DNA of 64,000 bases from assembly GCF_009914755.1 (NCBI RefSeq), contig NC_060934.1. The stretch is one strand, 5' to 3'. Below, piece by piece: positions 1 through 15,078 of this stretch; position 1 is the first letter of the stretch; each line of letters begins with the position of its first letter. Position numbers and translations under genes: made by a program. The stretch comes from the human T2T-CHM13v2.0 reference genome, Homo sapiens. The notes beneath the pieces were generated by a model. The model was not told where the DNA came from, searched no databases, and saw nothing but the letters and a program-made list of their open reading frames with translations.

Positions 1-335
<335 letters not shown>

Positions 336-684
336 CAGGTTGGGCTTTGAGTCCTATTAAACTGCAAATATGCTTAAAACTGTTACACTTTTATAAATAA
401 TTAATTTCTTAGCGTGAATAATTGTAAACAAGTATAGGGGACATTACAGGAGTTCAGCTAAGAAATGGGCACCTAGGAAGAATAAAGGTAGAAAAATATG
501 GAAGGTTAAAGGACTATTTTTGTGCTTCAAAGTTTGCTAATAAACATTTAGGTATCTTTTGAAAGAGCAGTAAATATTTATGCTTGCTTGATGGTTGGGT
601 TGATTGGAGGTGAATGGAAGGAAGAGTCTTTAAGTAGATTATGATTCTCTGGCACATTGTTAAAATATTTGCAACTTGTTTAGA

Positions 685-900
685 TTATTTATTTACTTTA
701 TTTAATAATCATTTAATAAGCACATAATATAACCAGGCACTTCACTAGGTGCTAGGAATAACGTGGTAAAAAAACAGACATGATTTACGTTCTCATGAAG
801 CTTACAGATGGGTGGGATGGACAGATACGTTAACACACATTTGCAATATAATTTGATGAGTAATGTTATAGGGGAAATGTGGAGGTATCTAGGCCCTAAG
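685..900 (-). mobile_element. L2 3' fragment
   Basis: Degenerate reverse L2 tail (ccaggcact...ctaggtgctagg...gaagcttacag). Confidence 0.6.
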
Positions 901-1067
901 ACTCCTAATTGAATCTGTGTACTTTTTAACACCTTTGACATAAATTCTTACAGTCCTCATATTTTCTGAGTTATTGTTGCTGCCAATTTGCCTCATCTGA
1001 GAGACTGTCCCATTTTACTTAGCTGAACTTGAGCTTGACTCTAATAAAAGGCAATCAAATCAGTATG

Positions 1068-1401
1068 CAGTCGTATCTGGGTATCTATGGGGGACTGGTT
1101 TCAGGACCCATCCCTCCCCTGACCCATTCTAGGGGATGCTCAAGTCCCCCTATATAAAATGGTGTAGTATTTACGTATACCCCATGCACATTCTTCCATA
1201 TACTTCAAATCATCACTAGATTACTTATAATACAGAGTACAATGTAAATGCTATGTTAATAGTTGTTATAATGTATTGATTTTTAAAATTTGTATTATTT
1301 TAACTGTTGTTATTTTTAATTGTTTTTTTTCCTGAATATTTTTGATCTGCAGTTAGTTGAACCCATGAAGGCAGAACCTACAGATAGTGGAGGGCCAGCT
1401 G
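1068..1401 (+). mobile_element. MER2 (TcMar-Tigger MITE)
   Basis: cagtcg...gagggccagctg termini and MER2 internal motifs. Confidence 0.85.
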
Positions 1402-1751
1402 TATAAAATTTCACATTTTAAGCCGTCTAATAGTTCTAGCAGAAATATTTACTATATTTTTAAAGAGAGAGAAGGTGGTAGACTATTTTGTATAAATTAT
1501 GAGAAAGAAGTAGAATATTGGAAATTAAAACTGAAGAAAAAAGGGATAGAGAAGAAAAAACATTTTTATTGTAAATATATGCTAATATGTACTCAGTTAA
1601 GAGAAAAATGGCTGTATTCACATAGGAAAGAGCTAACCAAGGTATGAATCAGTGCTCAGAATAAAAAATGACAGGCCAAATGGCATGCAATTTATTCTGA
1701 TTAAATTCAGAAAAATGTTTCTGCAAGTGAAACCATTGGATTATAACATAC

Positions 1752-1854
1752 TTTTCTTCAAGAAAGGCTGGTCTTAACAAGACTTTAAAGATGTGATAGT
1801 TTGATGCGTTTAAATAGATCAGTTCACCCATGGCAAATGTGTTATTTTCCACAA
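1752..1854 (-). pseudogene. Exon I (103 nt, phase 1-2): VENNTFAMGELIYLNASNYHIFKVLLRPAFLEE
   Basis: Acceptor catcatctttgcag|, donor AAA|gtatgt, open frame. LI...NYHIF resembles the final RhoGAP helix. Confidence 0.55.
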
Positions 1855-3769
1855 CTGCAAAGATGATGATTTCAGGGGTAGAAAGGCAGGGAGGTATAAA
1901 CCGTGAGCGTTATGTTCATAAAGTGGAAGTAGAGAAAACACTCTCCAGCCTCCAAACTCTCTCATCCCTGCTCATAACCCAGAACATACAAAAGGAGAAC
2001 TGTTTTTGACCATGTCAAGAATGATCAGTTACACTGCCAAACAATCCACAATTAATCTTTTGGTTAGTAGACAGTATCCTTTGAACGAATCTCTCATGCA
2101 CAAGACAAAGACACCTGAAGGAGGGAAATTTCATGGAGTTAGGAGTTTAGTCATTAATGGTTAAGTAAAAAACCCTATTCTCAAGCCAGAAACCACCTCA
2201 AGGAAAGATTCTGCCATGAAAGTAATTGTAAAACCAATGAACATGCAGTTCTCCTTTATTTTATCTTTAAATTCTTACCTTATTTTTTGAAAGAGTTTTC
2301 AATTTACAGAAAATGTGAGTAAATAACATAGGGAGTTTCTTATATCTGCCCCCAACCTCAACAGTTTTACCAATTTTTAACATCTTACATTAGTGTGGTA
2401 TATGTGTTATATTAATGAACCAATATTGATACATAATTGTTAACTAAATCCACAGTTTACATTAAGGCTCACTATTTGTGTTTTACAGTTCTATGAGTTT
2501 TGAAAAATGCAAATTACTATGTTTCCCCCATTATATTAGACAGAACAGTTTTACCACCCTAAAAATTCCCCCATACCACACCTATTCCTCCCTCCTTCCT
2601 CTGCCTGCCTCTGACCCTCCAACCTCTTAACTACCAACAACTACTGGTCTTTTGCTGTCTCCAGTTTTGTCCTTTTCTAGAATGTCATGTAATTGGAATC
2701 ATATATTATTTAGTCTTCTAAGACTGACCTCTTTTACTTAGTAATATGCATTTAATATTTTTCCATGTCTTTTTGTGTCTTAATAGCTCATTTCTGTTTA
2801 TCACTGAATAATATTTTACCGTATAGATGTATCCTGGTTGTTTATTCATTTACCTATTGGAGGACATTTTGGTTGGTTCCAGTTTTTTGGTCATTATGAA
2901 TAAACTTGATATAAGCATTCATGTGCAGGTTCTTGCATGCACATAATTTTTCAACACAATTAGGTAAATACCTAGAAGCATGATAGCTAAATCATATGAA
3001 AAGACTATGTTAAGCTTTGTAAGAAACTGCCAAATTTTCTTCCAAAGTGGCTGTATCATTTTGCATTCCTACCAGCAATGAATGATGCTTCACTTCCTTT
3101 CCAGTAAATATTGTCAGGTTTTCAAAAAATAAAATTTAGCTGTTCTAACAGGTATGCATTTGTATCTTGCTGTTGCTTCATTTTGCAATTCTGTAGTAAC
3201 ATATAATGTGAAACATCTTTTCATATACTATTTTTAATTTGTATATCTTTTTTGATGAAGTGTCTAGATCTTTGGCCCCTTTTTAACTGAGTTGCTTATT
3301 TTCTAGTTGCACTTTAAGTGTTCTTTGCATATATTTTTAAAATTTAATCAATTGATTAATTTCATTGATACATATTAGATATACATTTTTCAGGGGGCAT
3401 GTGATAATTATTTGATATAGTCCTATGATAAAATTAGGATAATTGGGATACCATTACCTTAAATATTTATGTTTTATTTATGCTAGCAACATTCAAATTA
3501 TTTTTTTCTAGCTCTTTGGAAATGAACAATCAATTAATGTGAATCAGTCACCTTACTAAACTATCAAACAACAAGACTTGTTCCTTTAATATAAGTGTAT
3601 AGTTGTATCTATTAGTAAGCCTCCTCCTCCACCTTAGCATTCTCAGCCTGCCTCTAGTAACCACCAGTCTACTTTCTATCTTCTTGAGGTCCACTCTTTG
3701 AGCTCTCACATGTAAGTGAGAATACGCAGTATTTGTCTTTCTGTGTTTGGCTTGTTTCACATAGCATAA

Positions 3770-4168
<399 letters not shown>

Positions 4169-4184
4169 CCCGCCCCCTTTATCC

Positions 4185-4828
<644 letters not shown>

Positions 4829-6399
4829 TTTCTTTTTCCATTTATCCTTTGACAGGCACTTAGGTTGATTCCATATTTTGACTATTGTCAATAATGCCAC
4901 AATAAATACAGGTGTAGATATCTGTTCAATATATTGATTTCCTTTCTTTTGGATATATACTCTGTAGTGGAATTGCTGGACCATATGGTGGTTCTATTTT
5001 TTAGTTTTTAGAGAAAGCTCCATGCTGTTCTCCATAGTGGATATACTAATTTGCATTCCCACAAACATTGAACAAATGTTCCTTTTCTTCACATTCTTGC
5101 CAGCATCTGTTATTCTCTGTTTTCATAATAGCCATTCTAACTGGGATGATAATATCTCATTGTGGTTTTGATTTGCATTTCTGTGATGATCAATGATGTT
5201 GACTACCTTTTCATGCACCTGTTTTCCATTTGTGTATCTTCTTTTGAGAAATGTCTGTTCAGATCTCTGGCCCATTTTAAAATCAGATTATTGAGTTGTT
5301 TGAGCTCCTTGTGTATTCTGGTTATTAATCTCTTACCAGATGATGAGTTTGCAAATATTTTCTCCCATTTTCTGGACTGCCTCTTCACTTTGTTAATTGT
5401 TTCTTTTGCTGTGCAGAAGTTTTTAGCTTGATTTAATCCCATTTGTCTAGTTTTGCTTTGGTTGCTTGTGCTTTAGAAGTCTTACACAAAAAACTCTTTG
5501 TCCAGACTTATATCCTGGAGCATTTTCCCGATGTTTTCTTCTAGTACTTTCATAGTTTAAGGTCTTTGATTTGCATCTCCAGTCCATTTTTATTTGATGA
5601 GAGATAGGGATGTAGTTTCATCCTTCTGGGGTTATCTAGTTTGCCAAGTACCATTTATGGAATAAACTGTTCTTTCTCCATCATATGTTCTTGGTGCATT
5701 TGTCAGAAATGAGTTGGCTATAAATATGTGGATTTATACCTGGGTTCTCTATTTTATCCCATTGGTCTCATGCCTGTTTTAACGCTAGTATCATGCTGAT
5801 TTGGTTACTATAGATTTGTGGTATATTTCGAAGTCAGGTAGTGTGATGCTTCCAGCTTTGTTCTTTTAGCTCAGGATGGCTTTGGCTACTTGGGGTCATT
5901 TGTAGTTCCATATACATTTTAGAATTTGTTTCCTATTTCTGTGAAGAACATCACTGATATTTTGATAGGGATTGCACTGAATCTGTAAATTGCTTTGGGT
6001 AGTAATATTAATTCTTTCAATTCATGAGCATGGAATATCCTTCAATTTTTTTGTGTGTCCTTTTCAATTTCTTTCGTCAGTGTTCTTGCTTTTCCTTGTA
6101 TAGATTTTTCATACCTTTGGTTAAGTTCATTCTCATTTCATATCTTTGGTAAAGTTCATTCCCAAGAATCAACTTTGCAATAAGTACAAAGAATATTGAT
6201 TCTTTGTAAAAAAGGGATTGCTTTCTTGATGTTCTTTTCAGATTGTTCACTGTTAGCATGTATAAATGATACTGATTTTTGTGTGTCAATTTTGTATCCT
6301 GTAACTTTACTGAATTAATTTATCACTTATAACAGTTTTACAGTGGACTCTAGGTTTTCCAAACTATAAGACCATGTCATCTGGGTACATACCTTTCAT

Positions 6400-6439
<40 letters not shown>

Positions 6440-8517
6440 TATATTCCTTTCCAATTTGAATGCACTTTATTTCTTTCTCTTGCTTAATTGCCCTGACCAG
6501 GACTTCCAGTATTTTGTTGAACAAAACTGGTGAAAATGGGCTTCCTTGTCTTGTTCCAGATTTTAGAGGATATTTAATTGTTTTTAGTCTCTTCTGACTG
6601 TGTATTTTTAGATAGTCCGTATTCAACTCATGTATTCTTTCTTCTGCTTGATCTATTCTGCTGTTGAGAGATTCTGATGCTTTCTTCAGTATGTCAATTG
6701 AATTTCTTAGCTCCGGAGTTTCTGCTTGATTTTTATTAATTATTTCACTGTCTTTGTTAAATTTATCTGATAGGATTCTGAATTCCTTCTCTGTGTTATC
6801 TTGGATTTCATTGAACTTCCTCAACACAGGTATTTTAAACTTTGTGTGAAAGGTCACATATCTCTGTCATTCTTGGATTGGTTACTGGTGTCTTATTTAG
6901 TTCAGTTGGTGAGGTAATGTATTATTGGATGGTTTCGATACTTATGGATGATCATGTCTGGGCATTGAAGAGTTCGGTATTTAGGTATTTACTGTAATCT
7001 TCACAGTCTGAGCTTGTTTGTATCCATCCTTCTTGGGAATGCTTTCCAGGTATTTGTGGCGACTTGAGTGTTGTGATGTAAATTTTTGGTGACTGCAGTC
7101 ATATGTGCATTAGGGGACACCCCAAACCCAATAATCCTTCAGTTTTTGCAGGCTACTTCACAGTAACTTAACATACTTTCTTATGGAGTAGTACCAATTC
7201 CTCTCTCTTATCTCTTATAATCTTGATTGTCATTTATTTCACTTATCAATACACTGAACTCACCCAATACATTGTTGCTATTATTATTTTAAATAAATAT
7301 ATATTAGATCAATTAAAAATAATAAAAATGATTTTATTTTACCTGTACTTACTCCTTCCTTAATGTTTTTTTTTCTTTATGTAAATCTAAGTTTATATAT
7401 ATATATATATACCGAGGCATGGGTGGAAGCACAAACCACCCGGCGAGGCAGAGCAGGGGTCGGGGCCCCTGGCCACCCCGTGCCACGCATGTTCGGGGTC
7501 CTGGGGTCCCTGGGGTCTGGGGTTCTTTTATTTTGAAAAACTTCTTTTAACATTTCTCGTAAAGCATGTCTACTGATGATAAATTCACTGTTTCAATTTG
7601 TGTGAGAAAGTTGTTGCTTCCCTTCATGTGTAAATGATAATTTTATTAGATAAGGAATTCTAGGTTGGTGATATTTTTGTTTAAATAGGGTATATATTTT
7701 AGTCTCTTCCTGCTTGAGTATCTGGTAAGAAATGCAACGTAATTCTTAACCTTATTCATCTGTAGATAAGGTATTTGCTTCTCTGACTTCCTGCAAGATT
7801 TCTTATTTGTCTTCAGTTTTATACAATTTGAACACCATAGGCCTAGGTATAGTTTTTTTGATATGCATTTTGTTTGTTATTCCCTGAGCTCCCTGGATAT
7901 GTGGTTTGGTTTCTGTCATCAATTTTGGAAAATTCTTAGCCATTATTATTCACATATTTATTCAGCATCTTTCTTTCTTCTCCTTCTGGAATTCTAATTA
8001 TACTATTGTTATGCTTTTTACAATTATCCTACAGTTCTTGGATATCTGTTCAGTTTTTATAACATTCTTTCTTTCACATGGCATTTCTGTTGTCAAAGTT
8101 TCTAGTGACATATCTTTAATGTCACTTATTCTTTTCTTGGCTGTGTTCAGTCTACTGATGAGCCTATTAGAGGCATTGTTCATTTGTATCATGTTTTTTT
8201 TTTTTTAATTCTTAGCATTCTCTATTGATCTATTCCTAGAGTTTCCATCTTTTTGCCTACTTTGATCTGTTCTTGCATGTTGCCTTATTTTTCAATTTTA
8301 ATCTTTCACATTACTTACAGTTATTTTAATTTTTCTATCTGATAATTTCAAAATATGTTTCATATATGAATCTGGTTCTGATCCTTGCTTCATCTTTCAT
8401 GCTCTATTTTTTAAATTTCTTTTTAACAAGGCTTGTAATTTTTTGTTTTAAGCCAAATGTAATATGTTGGGTAATAGGAACTGAGATAATAAGAATTCAT
8501 GTGAGATTTTATGTTAG

Positions 8518-8908
8518 TGTCCTGAAATGAATGGCTGCTTCCCTCTTCAAATTTATATGTTGAAGCCCTTTTCCCCAGTGTGATGGCATTTAGAGGTGAG
8601 CCTTTGGGAGGTAATTCAGTTTAGATGGGATCATAAGGGTGGAGTCATCATGATGGGATTAATGATCTTATAAAAAAAGGAAGAAACATGAGAGCTCTTA
8701 ATCTTTCATTGTGCACTTATCAAAAAAGGACCACATGAGGACATAAGAAGATGGCCCATCTGCAAATGAAAAAGAGGGCCCTCATCAGACATTGAATCTG
8801 TTGGCACCTTGGTGTCTGCAGACTTCCTAGCCTGCAGAACTGAGAAATAAATGTCTGTTGTTTAGGCCACCTCATCTATGATATTTGCTGTAGCAGACTG
8901 AATGTAAT
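8518..8908 (+). mobile_element. MaLR solo LTR (MSTD/MLT1A-like)
   Basis: Typical tatgttgaagccc...gcctttgggaggtaatt...gaactgagaaataaatgtctgttgttta motifs. Confidence 0.85.
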
Positions 8909-10102
8909 AGTTATATTACATCTAGCTGAGAGTTGGGCTTTGTTTAATGTTTGTTGTAGCTGTAGTTGCCAGAAGTTTCAGTTTCTTCTGAATTTTTCTT
9001 CCTCTTTTGTCTTTGGGCTTCCCTAAGAACTCTTTCTTAAATAGAGTCTGTGCCTTATAGCTCTCACAGTTGTAATTCAGTTATTTTCCTGGTGTCCTGG
9101 TGATATGGTGCTAAATTATTGGGTAATAAAAGTGTTCTATAATCTTATAATTAAATCTCAGCTTTCTTAGTTGGCCTGAGTCCCTGGGTTATGACTTCAG
9201 ATATTTGTATTAGACTTTTTTCTTGTCTTACCTTGACAAGAGGCAGGAAGGTCTCTGGATTTGATTAGCTGCCTTTCCTTTAGGTTACATAAGGCTCTGG
9301 TAATGCAGTTTTCCTTAGAATGCAGGTGAACATATTTTGGAACATCTGGGCCTATTTCGAAATGGCTAATTTTTCCTTCTCTTTGCCTGCGAACAGAGGG
9401 AACTTTTTACTCGATATTCTCTGTGAGAATTTGGTGGGGGTTGGAAATAAAACACATGAAATTGTAGGTTTGCTCCTAAGAGTGACTCCCCCAAGAGTTT
9501 TTAACTCTTAAACTTATCTACCCACAGCATCCAATAATAGATCAAAATTACTATTCAAGTGTTCCTACCAGTTTCTTGTTCCATCAGCTTCTGCTTCAGT
9601 TAAACTGAAAATTCGTGTTCTCCATATTCCCGTTTCTCTAGATTTCATAATAATCATTTTTGCTGTGACCTCAGTTCTCTGATGACTTAAGAAAGGTCAC
9701 TGATTTTAAGCTAGTCCACTTTTTTCTTGCTGTGAGAATGGGAGCGTTCAGCGCTTTGCAATGGTGCAGATGAAATGAGATGTCTGCTTCGTGGCTTTTT
9801 ATCTGAAAGTCGCCTGTGCCTTAGGGTCTGAACATGCACTCCTCTTGAGTTCATTCATTTTAATTGTAGTAATTTGTAATTATTACTCTGGAGGTGTAGA
9901 AATCTCCTGGAGGACTTTGTATTGTTATGGTGTTTCTTAGCACACTACGTTATTCTGTCTCTGGATTCAGATTGGAATTGAAAACATGATGACCTGTCAA
10001 GCTTTTTATATTATTATACAATAGAAAACAACATCATTGTGTGTGTTTCTAAGCAATATGAGTAAAGTTTAGAAATTTGTTTTACACATTAGGCTGTCTT
10101 AC

Positions 10103-10139
10103 CTTTAGAAATATATCTATAATTTAAATATATAGAATT
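10103..10139 (-). pseudogene. Candidate micro-exon H (14 nt from 10116, or 37 nt from 10139)
   Basis: Strong donor AAG|gtaaga, weak AT-rich acceptors. The 37-nt form (NSIYLNYRYISK) is open and links phase 0 to phase 1. Confidence 0.3.
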
Positions 10140-10466
10140 CTATGTTTGACATTAATTTAATGTGTTAATCATGCTTTTCTAATTTTGAATTTGATTATAA
10201 GAAAGGTTATGCCATTTTAAAATTCTGAATTCACCATAGCATTTGAGACAACCTGGGTTTGTTGTTTTGATAAATATTATGCATGTAAAAATTCTGTGAT
10301 GACTAAAAGCCAATATAGTACCAGAGGAAAAAAGAGGAGACTGATCAGTAGTACTATGCTAATAGGTGTTTGTAAAAGTTAGATTTTATGGAAAAACATA
10401 TTTGGTAAATACATATTTAGTTGATATATTCAGATGTGTTTACCACAGAAATTCTTTTAGCCTTAC

Positions 10467-10490
10467 TAATTATGTGTATATTCTTAACCT
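10467..10490 (-). pseudogene. Micro-exon G (24 nt): (E)VKNIHII in phase 1; stop in phase 0
   Basis: Strong acceptor gctttttcatcttttttag|, donor TTA|gtaagg. NIHII resembles NLAIV but is out of phase with exon F. Confidence 0.45.
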
Positions 10491-10753
10491 CTAAAAAAGA
10501 TGAAAAAGCATTTTTCAGTAGAATTACTATTAGACAGTGTTTCAGAGAACACATATTGGCAAACTCTGCAACAGATAATTATTTTCAGATAGAGTATGTT
10601 AAGGTTCATTAATTGCTCTTATGTGGCAGAAAGACTTTCTTTATAGTTGGCAACTGGCTTCCTGCAATGATGGACAACCACATTGCTATAGCAACAAGGA
10701 AGCAAGATGTTTCCAACCAGGGATGCTTCTTTTCATGTAGAAAACCTTGTCAC

Positions 10754-10807
10754 CTGGTTTCTCAAACTGAATTTTTCAGTGGTAGAAAATACACTTAGAA
10801 AATATAA
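10754..10807 (-). pseudogene. Exon F (54 nt, phase 0-0): LYFLSVFSTTEKFSLRNQ (unspliced read-through VTRFST*, stop 10733-10735)
   Basis: Acceptor gtgtttttcttttcag|, donor CAG|gtgaca. Resembles the RhoGAP helix YLxxxLxxVxxxSxxN(K/Q)MT. Confidence 0.65.
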
Positions 10808-11666
10808 CTGAAAAGAAAAACACCTTAATTTTATTGAACAAAAGGACATTAGTTTGAAAACTCTGCATTGCGGGCAGTATAGATTATCAATGTTGTGCAA
10901 GTTAACCATTACCATAATTTTATATTATAATACAATGACTTAGGTATACTGTATACAAATAATTTAGAAAAGTTTTTTGTTGGCATTCCTCCAAGTTTTC
11001 TCTTTAAGTTAAAAATGTATTTAATTTGGAAGAAAAAAGCATGTATGTTAATTTCATAATAAGAATGTAAGCAGAAAAGCCAAATGACTGAAGTAGAGTA
11101 TTTGAGTGGCGTACAGAAATTTAGTACCTTCCAACACCATTAATTAAATAAAACAGCAAAAGAATGAAATATGATGCTAAGATAAGAAGATGAGCTAAAT
11201 GCCATTGATCTTTCTCTTGCTCTAAACCAATCTTTAAAGAGAAGCTATATAAGTTTGTATAAATAACTTGAAAAGCAATACTCAATATCTCCCCCTATTT
11301 GTGTGTTAAAATTCTAATTATAAGTGGCTTAGCTTATAAGTAAATAGCTGCATATTCTTTGATAATGACCCTTTTTTCCTAACCTCAAAGGACCTATGCA
11401 ATAGGATTGGGTTATTTTTGTGTGGTATATGAAATATCCATTATTAATTTAAGAGCATTTCATAAACATCACCATTATTTCAACATCTTTTGTGTGTAAT
11501 TATCCTAAGGCCACAGGCTACAATAGGAGAAGAGAGAAAAATAAAGATTATCAAAATTGATCTACATGCTAAGTTGAAATCTAGAAGGAAAAAATGAAAG
11601 GGAAAGAAAAATAAGAATTCCAATTTCTTGTGGAGCATGAAATATCTCATAAATATGTGAACTTGT

Positions 11667-11786
11667 GGCTGGGCGTGGTGGCTCCCGCCTGTAATCCCAG
11701 CACTTTGGGAGGCCGAGGCGGGTGGATCCTGGCCAACACGGTGAAACCCAGTCTCTACTAAAAATACAAAAAAAAAAAAAAAAAAG
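11667..11786 (+). mobile_element. Alu left monomer with internal deletion and poly(A); TSD GAACTTGTG
   Basis: Alu 5' end, ggtggatc|ctggccaac junction, poly(A) after ctactaaaaatac, flanking direct repeat. Confidence 0.9.
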
Positions 11787-12325
11787 AACTTGTGAGTGTC
11801 ATTGAGGTTAATGTGGTACTTAAATAATAAGCATTTTTCATGGAGCAAGCCAATGAAATTAAGTAATTTTTTTTTTTTTGTCTTGCTCAAGACCAAGAAA
11901 TGAGAATGGTGAAAAAGTATGGTTTGTTTCACATAGATTGGAAACTGGCAAAAAAGCTTAAAGAAGAAAAAGCATCCAAAGTGCTCTTTAATTTAATCAT
12001 CACTGATGCAATATCTATTATGTTCCAAAATCTGTGGGTAGCAAGAAATAAAATGCAGCTCTTGCCCTTCATGAATTGATGATCTGGTTGGGGAGAGGTG
12101 TAAACAAATGATAACAGTACAAAAAAATGTATGCAGAGTGTCAAGTCTTTATGGACATTGGAAAAATGTCTCAGGGGAATAGCTTGAGCTTGTGTTCTGT
12201 TAAGCCTTAAAATGCAGAAGCATGGGTGAATGTATGGCCTTCATTTGAGCATGACATAGGGAAACAATGTCATCAGGGAAAAGCAAGACAGAATTTGGAA
12301 TTCTGTTGGTCATGACCTTACTTAC

Positions 12326-12395
12326 AGTGTTGAATGAAACTCCTGCAATTTTTTGTATGGGACTTTCTGTACATTTGAATTTGTCATGTTTTTCC
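12326..12395 (-). pseudogene. Exon E (70 nt, phase 2-0): EKHDKFKCTESPIQKIAGVSFNT
   Basis: Acceptor ccttcgcttcccttttag|G-type pyrimidine tract, donor ACT|gtaagt. Aligns to DEEERLEALRELLRKLPPANRDT. Confidence 0.7.
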
Positions 12396-13064
12396 CTAAA
12401 AAGGGAAGCGAAGGTCAATCTGACAAATTTAAGGCTCAGCTACTAAATATATTTTGTATGTATGGTGCAGGACAGTTCCACTGCTGTCAGTATAACACAA
12501 GTAGAAAAATGTTTTAAGTTTTAGTGTTACTAAAATAATCTTCCTAAAACAGATAAAGTAATTGGACTAATAGCAATTGGACCACCTCGCTTGACACTGA
12601 TTCTTCAGGGAAACCGAGTTAATGAGTAACGAAGTCCCACAGAGCACATATTACTGAAATTCACCCTGACCCCTCTTAAGTTCCACCGTAAAAACATACC
12701 AATCAACCATAAGTGGATCCCAACCCTTTAATATCACATTTCAATCATATTTATTATAATACTGTGTCTAGAACATTACATCATCTGGAAAGAGCCTTTC
12801 TTTTGGAATTCTAAGCAAATTTTCTGAAAGCCATTCTGATGATCCTGACCTAATTCAAATGCTTAACTTTGACCAAGCAACCTACTCTCTGTGATGGCTT
12901 GCACTAATTGGCTTTCACTAGGCCCATGTGTCCAATTTTCTAGTCAGAGGGTAGACTTATTTGAGGAATAACATGAATCCAACAGTTGGGCTAATTGGAA
13001 AGAGAAAATGGATCCTGGGGAGGCTTTCAGTAGTCTGTATTAGGAAGTTTAGAGGCCTTGTATT

Positions 13065-13152
13065 TTAGATTGGTGCAAAAGTAATTGCGGTTTTTGGCAT
13101 TGAAAGTGAAAACTTTTGCCTTTGAAAGTTTTTACTTTCAATGGCAATTACA
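13065..13152. mobile_element. MADE1 (Hsmar1 MITE) remnant
   Basis: ttagattggtgcaaaagtaattgcggtttttg TIR and a partial right end. Confidence 0.8.
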
Positions 13153-13328
13153 TTTTTTCTCTCTCTCTCTGATTATCTCTCTCTTATTATCTAGGCTGAT
13201 TTCACCTAGATAATAAGAGCTGTTTTGTCATGAACGTTTTTTTCATCTAATATTAGCCTTGCTTTATTAAATACCTCTTGTAGAGTTTCATACATAACTA
13301 AATATTGGGAAACTGAATTTCATGTTTT

Positions 13329-13427
13329 GAAAAAAAAGAAAAGATAAGAAAGAAAAGAAAAAGAAAAGATGAGAAAAGGAAAGAAAAAAGGAAAAGAAAA
13401 GAGAAAAGAAAAAAGAAAAGAAAAAAA
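13329..13427 (+). repeat. (GAAAA)n purine-rich low-complexity tract
   Basis: Directly visible. Confidence 0.95.
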
Positions 13428-14361
13428 TAGATTTGGCTTCAGACAGAGCCTTTTATTGGCTGTTTCCTTTTTCCATGGCAGGAGAGGAATCGAAAGAGGA
13501 AGGAGAGACACAGGGAGGCATAGGGGTGGGAGAAAATGTTCTCAAAACAAATTATTGAAAAACAAAGAAAGACTGTTTTGTGCTAACACTTATTTAGACT
13601 TTGTGAGCTCTACAATCGTGTGTTGACTTTCTTCCAGACGAATTTGGCAGAATCAAAGAAGGGTTTTTCCAAAATTCTGCCAACTTAAGTAAAAGTACCA
13701 TTTTTTTATGTAACAAACATTACTCATCTACTCCATTTAGTGTTTAGTGAAAAATGAGTAAGGATTTTATTGAACAAGGGGTTATAGGAATTTTAAAATA
13801 TAGGTTAATTTTCTTACTTATTTTCGAAATCATGTGACTTGAAAAACATAGTTAGCAAATGCATTTACCGATGTCAAAGAACTATTCAATTATTTGCATA
13901 CTGTTTAGGAGGAATAATTGCTGTTTATGTGGAACCATGGCACCATAAAATTCTGGTGTCAACTTTAGTGTTTTCAAATTAGAGAGACAATATTAGTATA
14001 TTTATTAAAGATGAGGTAATTAAACCTAGAAAAGTCATTTATCTTATGGATTCCTAAACAGAATATAATGAGGAAAAATATCAATAGTATGTTGATAATG
14101 CTATTTAGTTGGGTTTCCAATAGACTTGCTAACCCAATATGTAGTTGTTTAATTATGGGAGAATTTACCAAGAGGTATGTGTTTTGGTGTGTTTATTCTG
14201 ATAATTTGAGATTTCAAATCAACAAACTGTTTAGACCTAGAGGATAAGACATTATTATTCCTTTTCAAATGCTTCCTCTAAGTTTTTCCTGGTTTCACTC
14301 TCCTGCCTTCTGTCAATATCTGGTTGATATTGAGAAAATGCCACCTTGTTTTCTTCCTTAC

Positions 14362-14379
14362 CTTTTAGAGACACAGATG
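14362..14379 (-). pseudogene. Candidate 18-nt micro-exon (phase 2-2: SICVSK-R)
   Basis: Acceptor tttgtgactctttcag|, strong donor AAG|gtaagg, frame-preserving. Confidence 0.35.
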
Positions 14380-14767
14380 CTGAAAGAGTCACAAAGTATT
14401 TGTGAAATGGGCAATCTAATTAACTAGCAAGCATGGATGTTACTTATGTTTTCTAAAATTTAGAAGAAATTGACAATTCAAAGATAATTTTACTGAAAAT
14501 AAATACAGAGAATTAAAAAATGTATCTAGAGGAATCTATACTAAAATATTAATAGTACTTATATCTACCTAGGTGATGGGAATATAAATCACATTCATTT
14601 CTCTCCTTTTAATTTTTAATCTATATTTTCTTATACTCCTATTCTACACATGATCTTTGTCTAACAATAAACATTAAATAAAGAATAAAAAAACCAGGGG
14701 TTTGCATGTCATAAATACATAATTAATACAATTTCCTTAAATAATTTATTGTGTAATTCATGTGATT

Positions 14768-15078
<311 letters not shown>

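Noticed and set aside
952-996. 45-nt minus-strand exon candidate downstream of exon I
   Set aside because: Immediate stop in the required phase and only a moderate acceptor; unsupported without conservation data.
13818-13837. Minus-strand 20-nt micro-exon candidate (gctaac branch point, TAA|gtaaga)
   Set aside because: Not frame-preserving and not needed by the domain alignment; could be chance.
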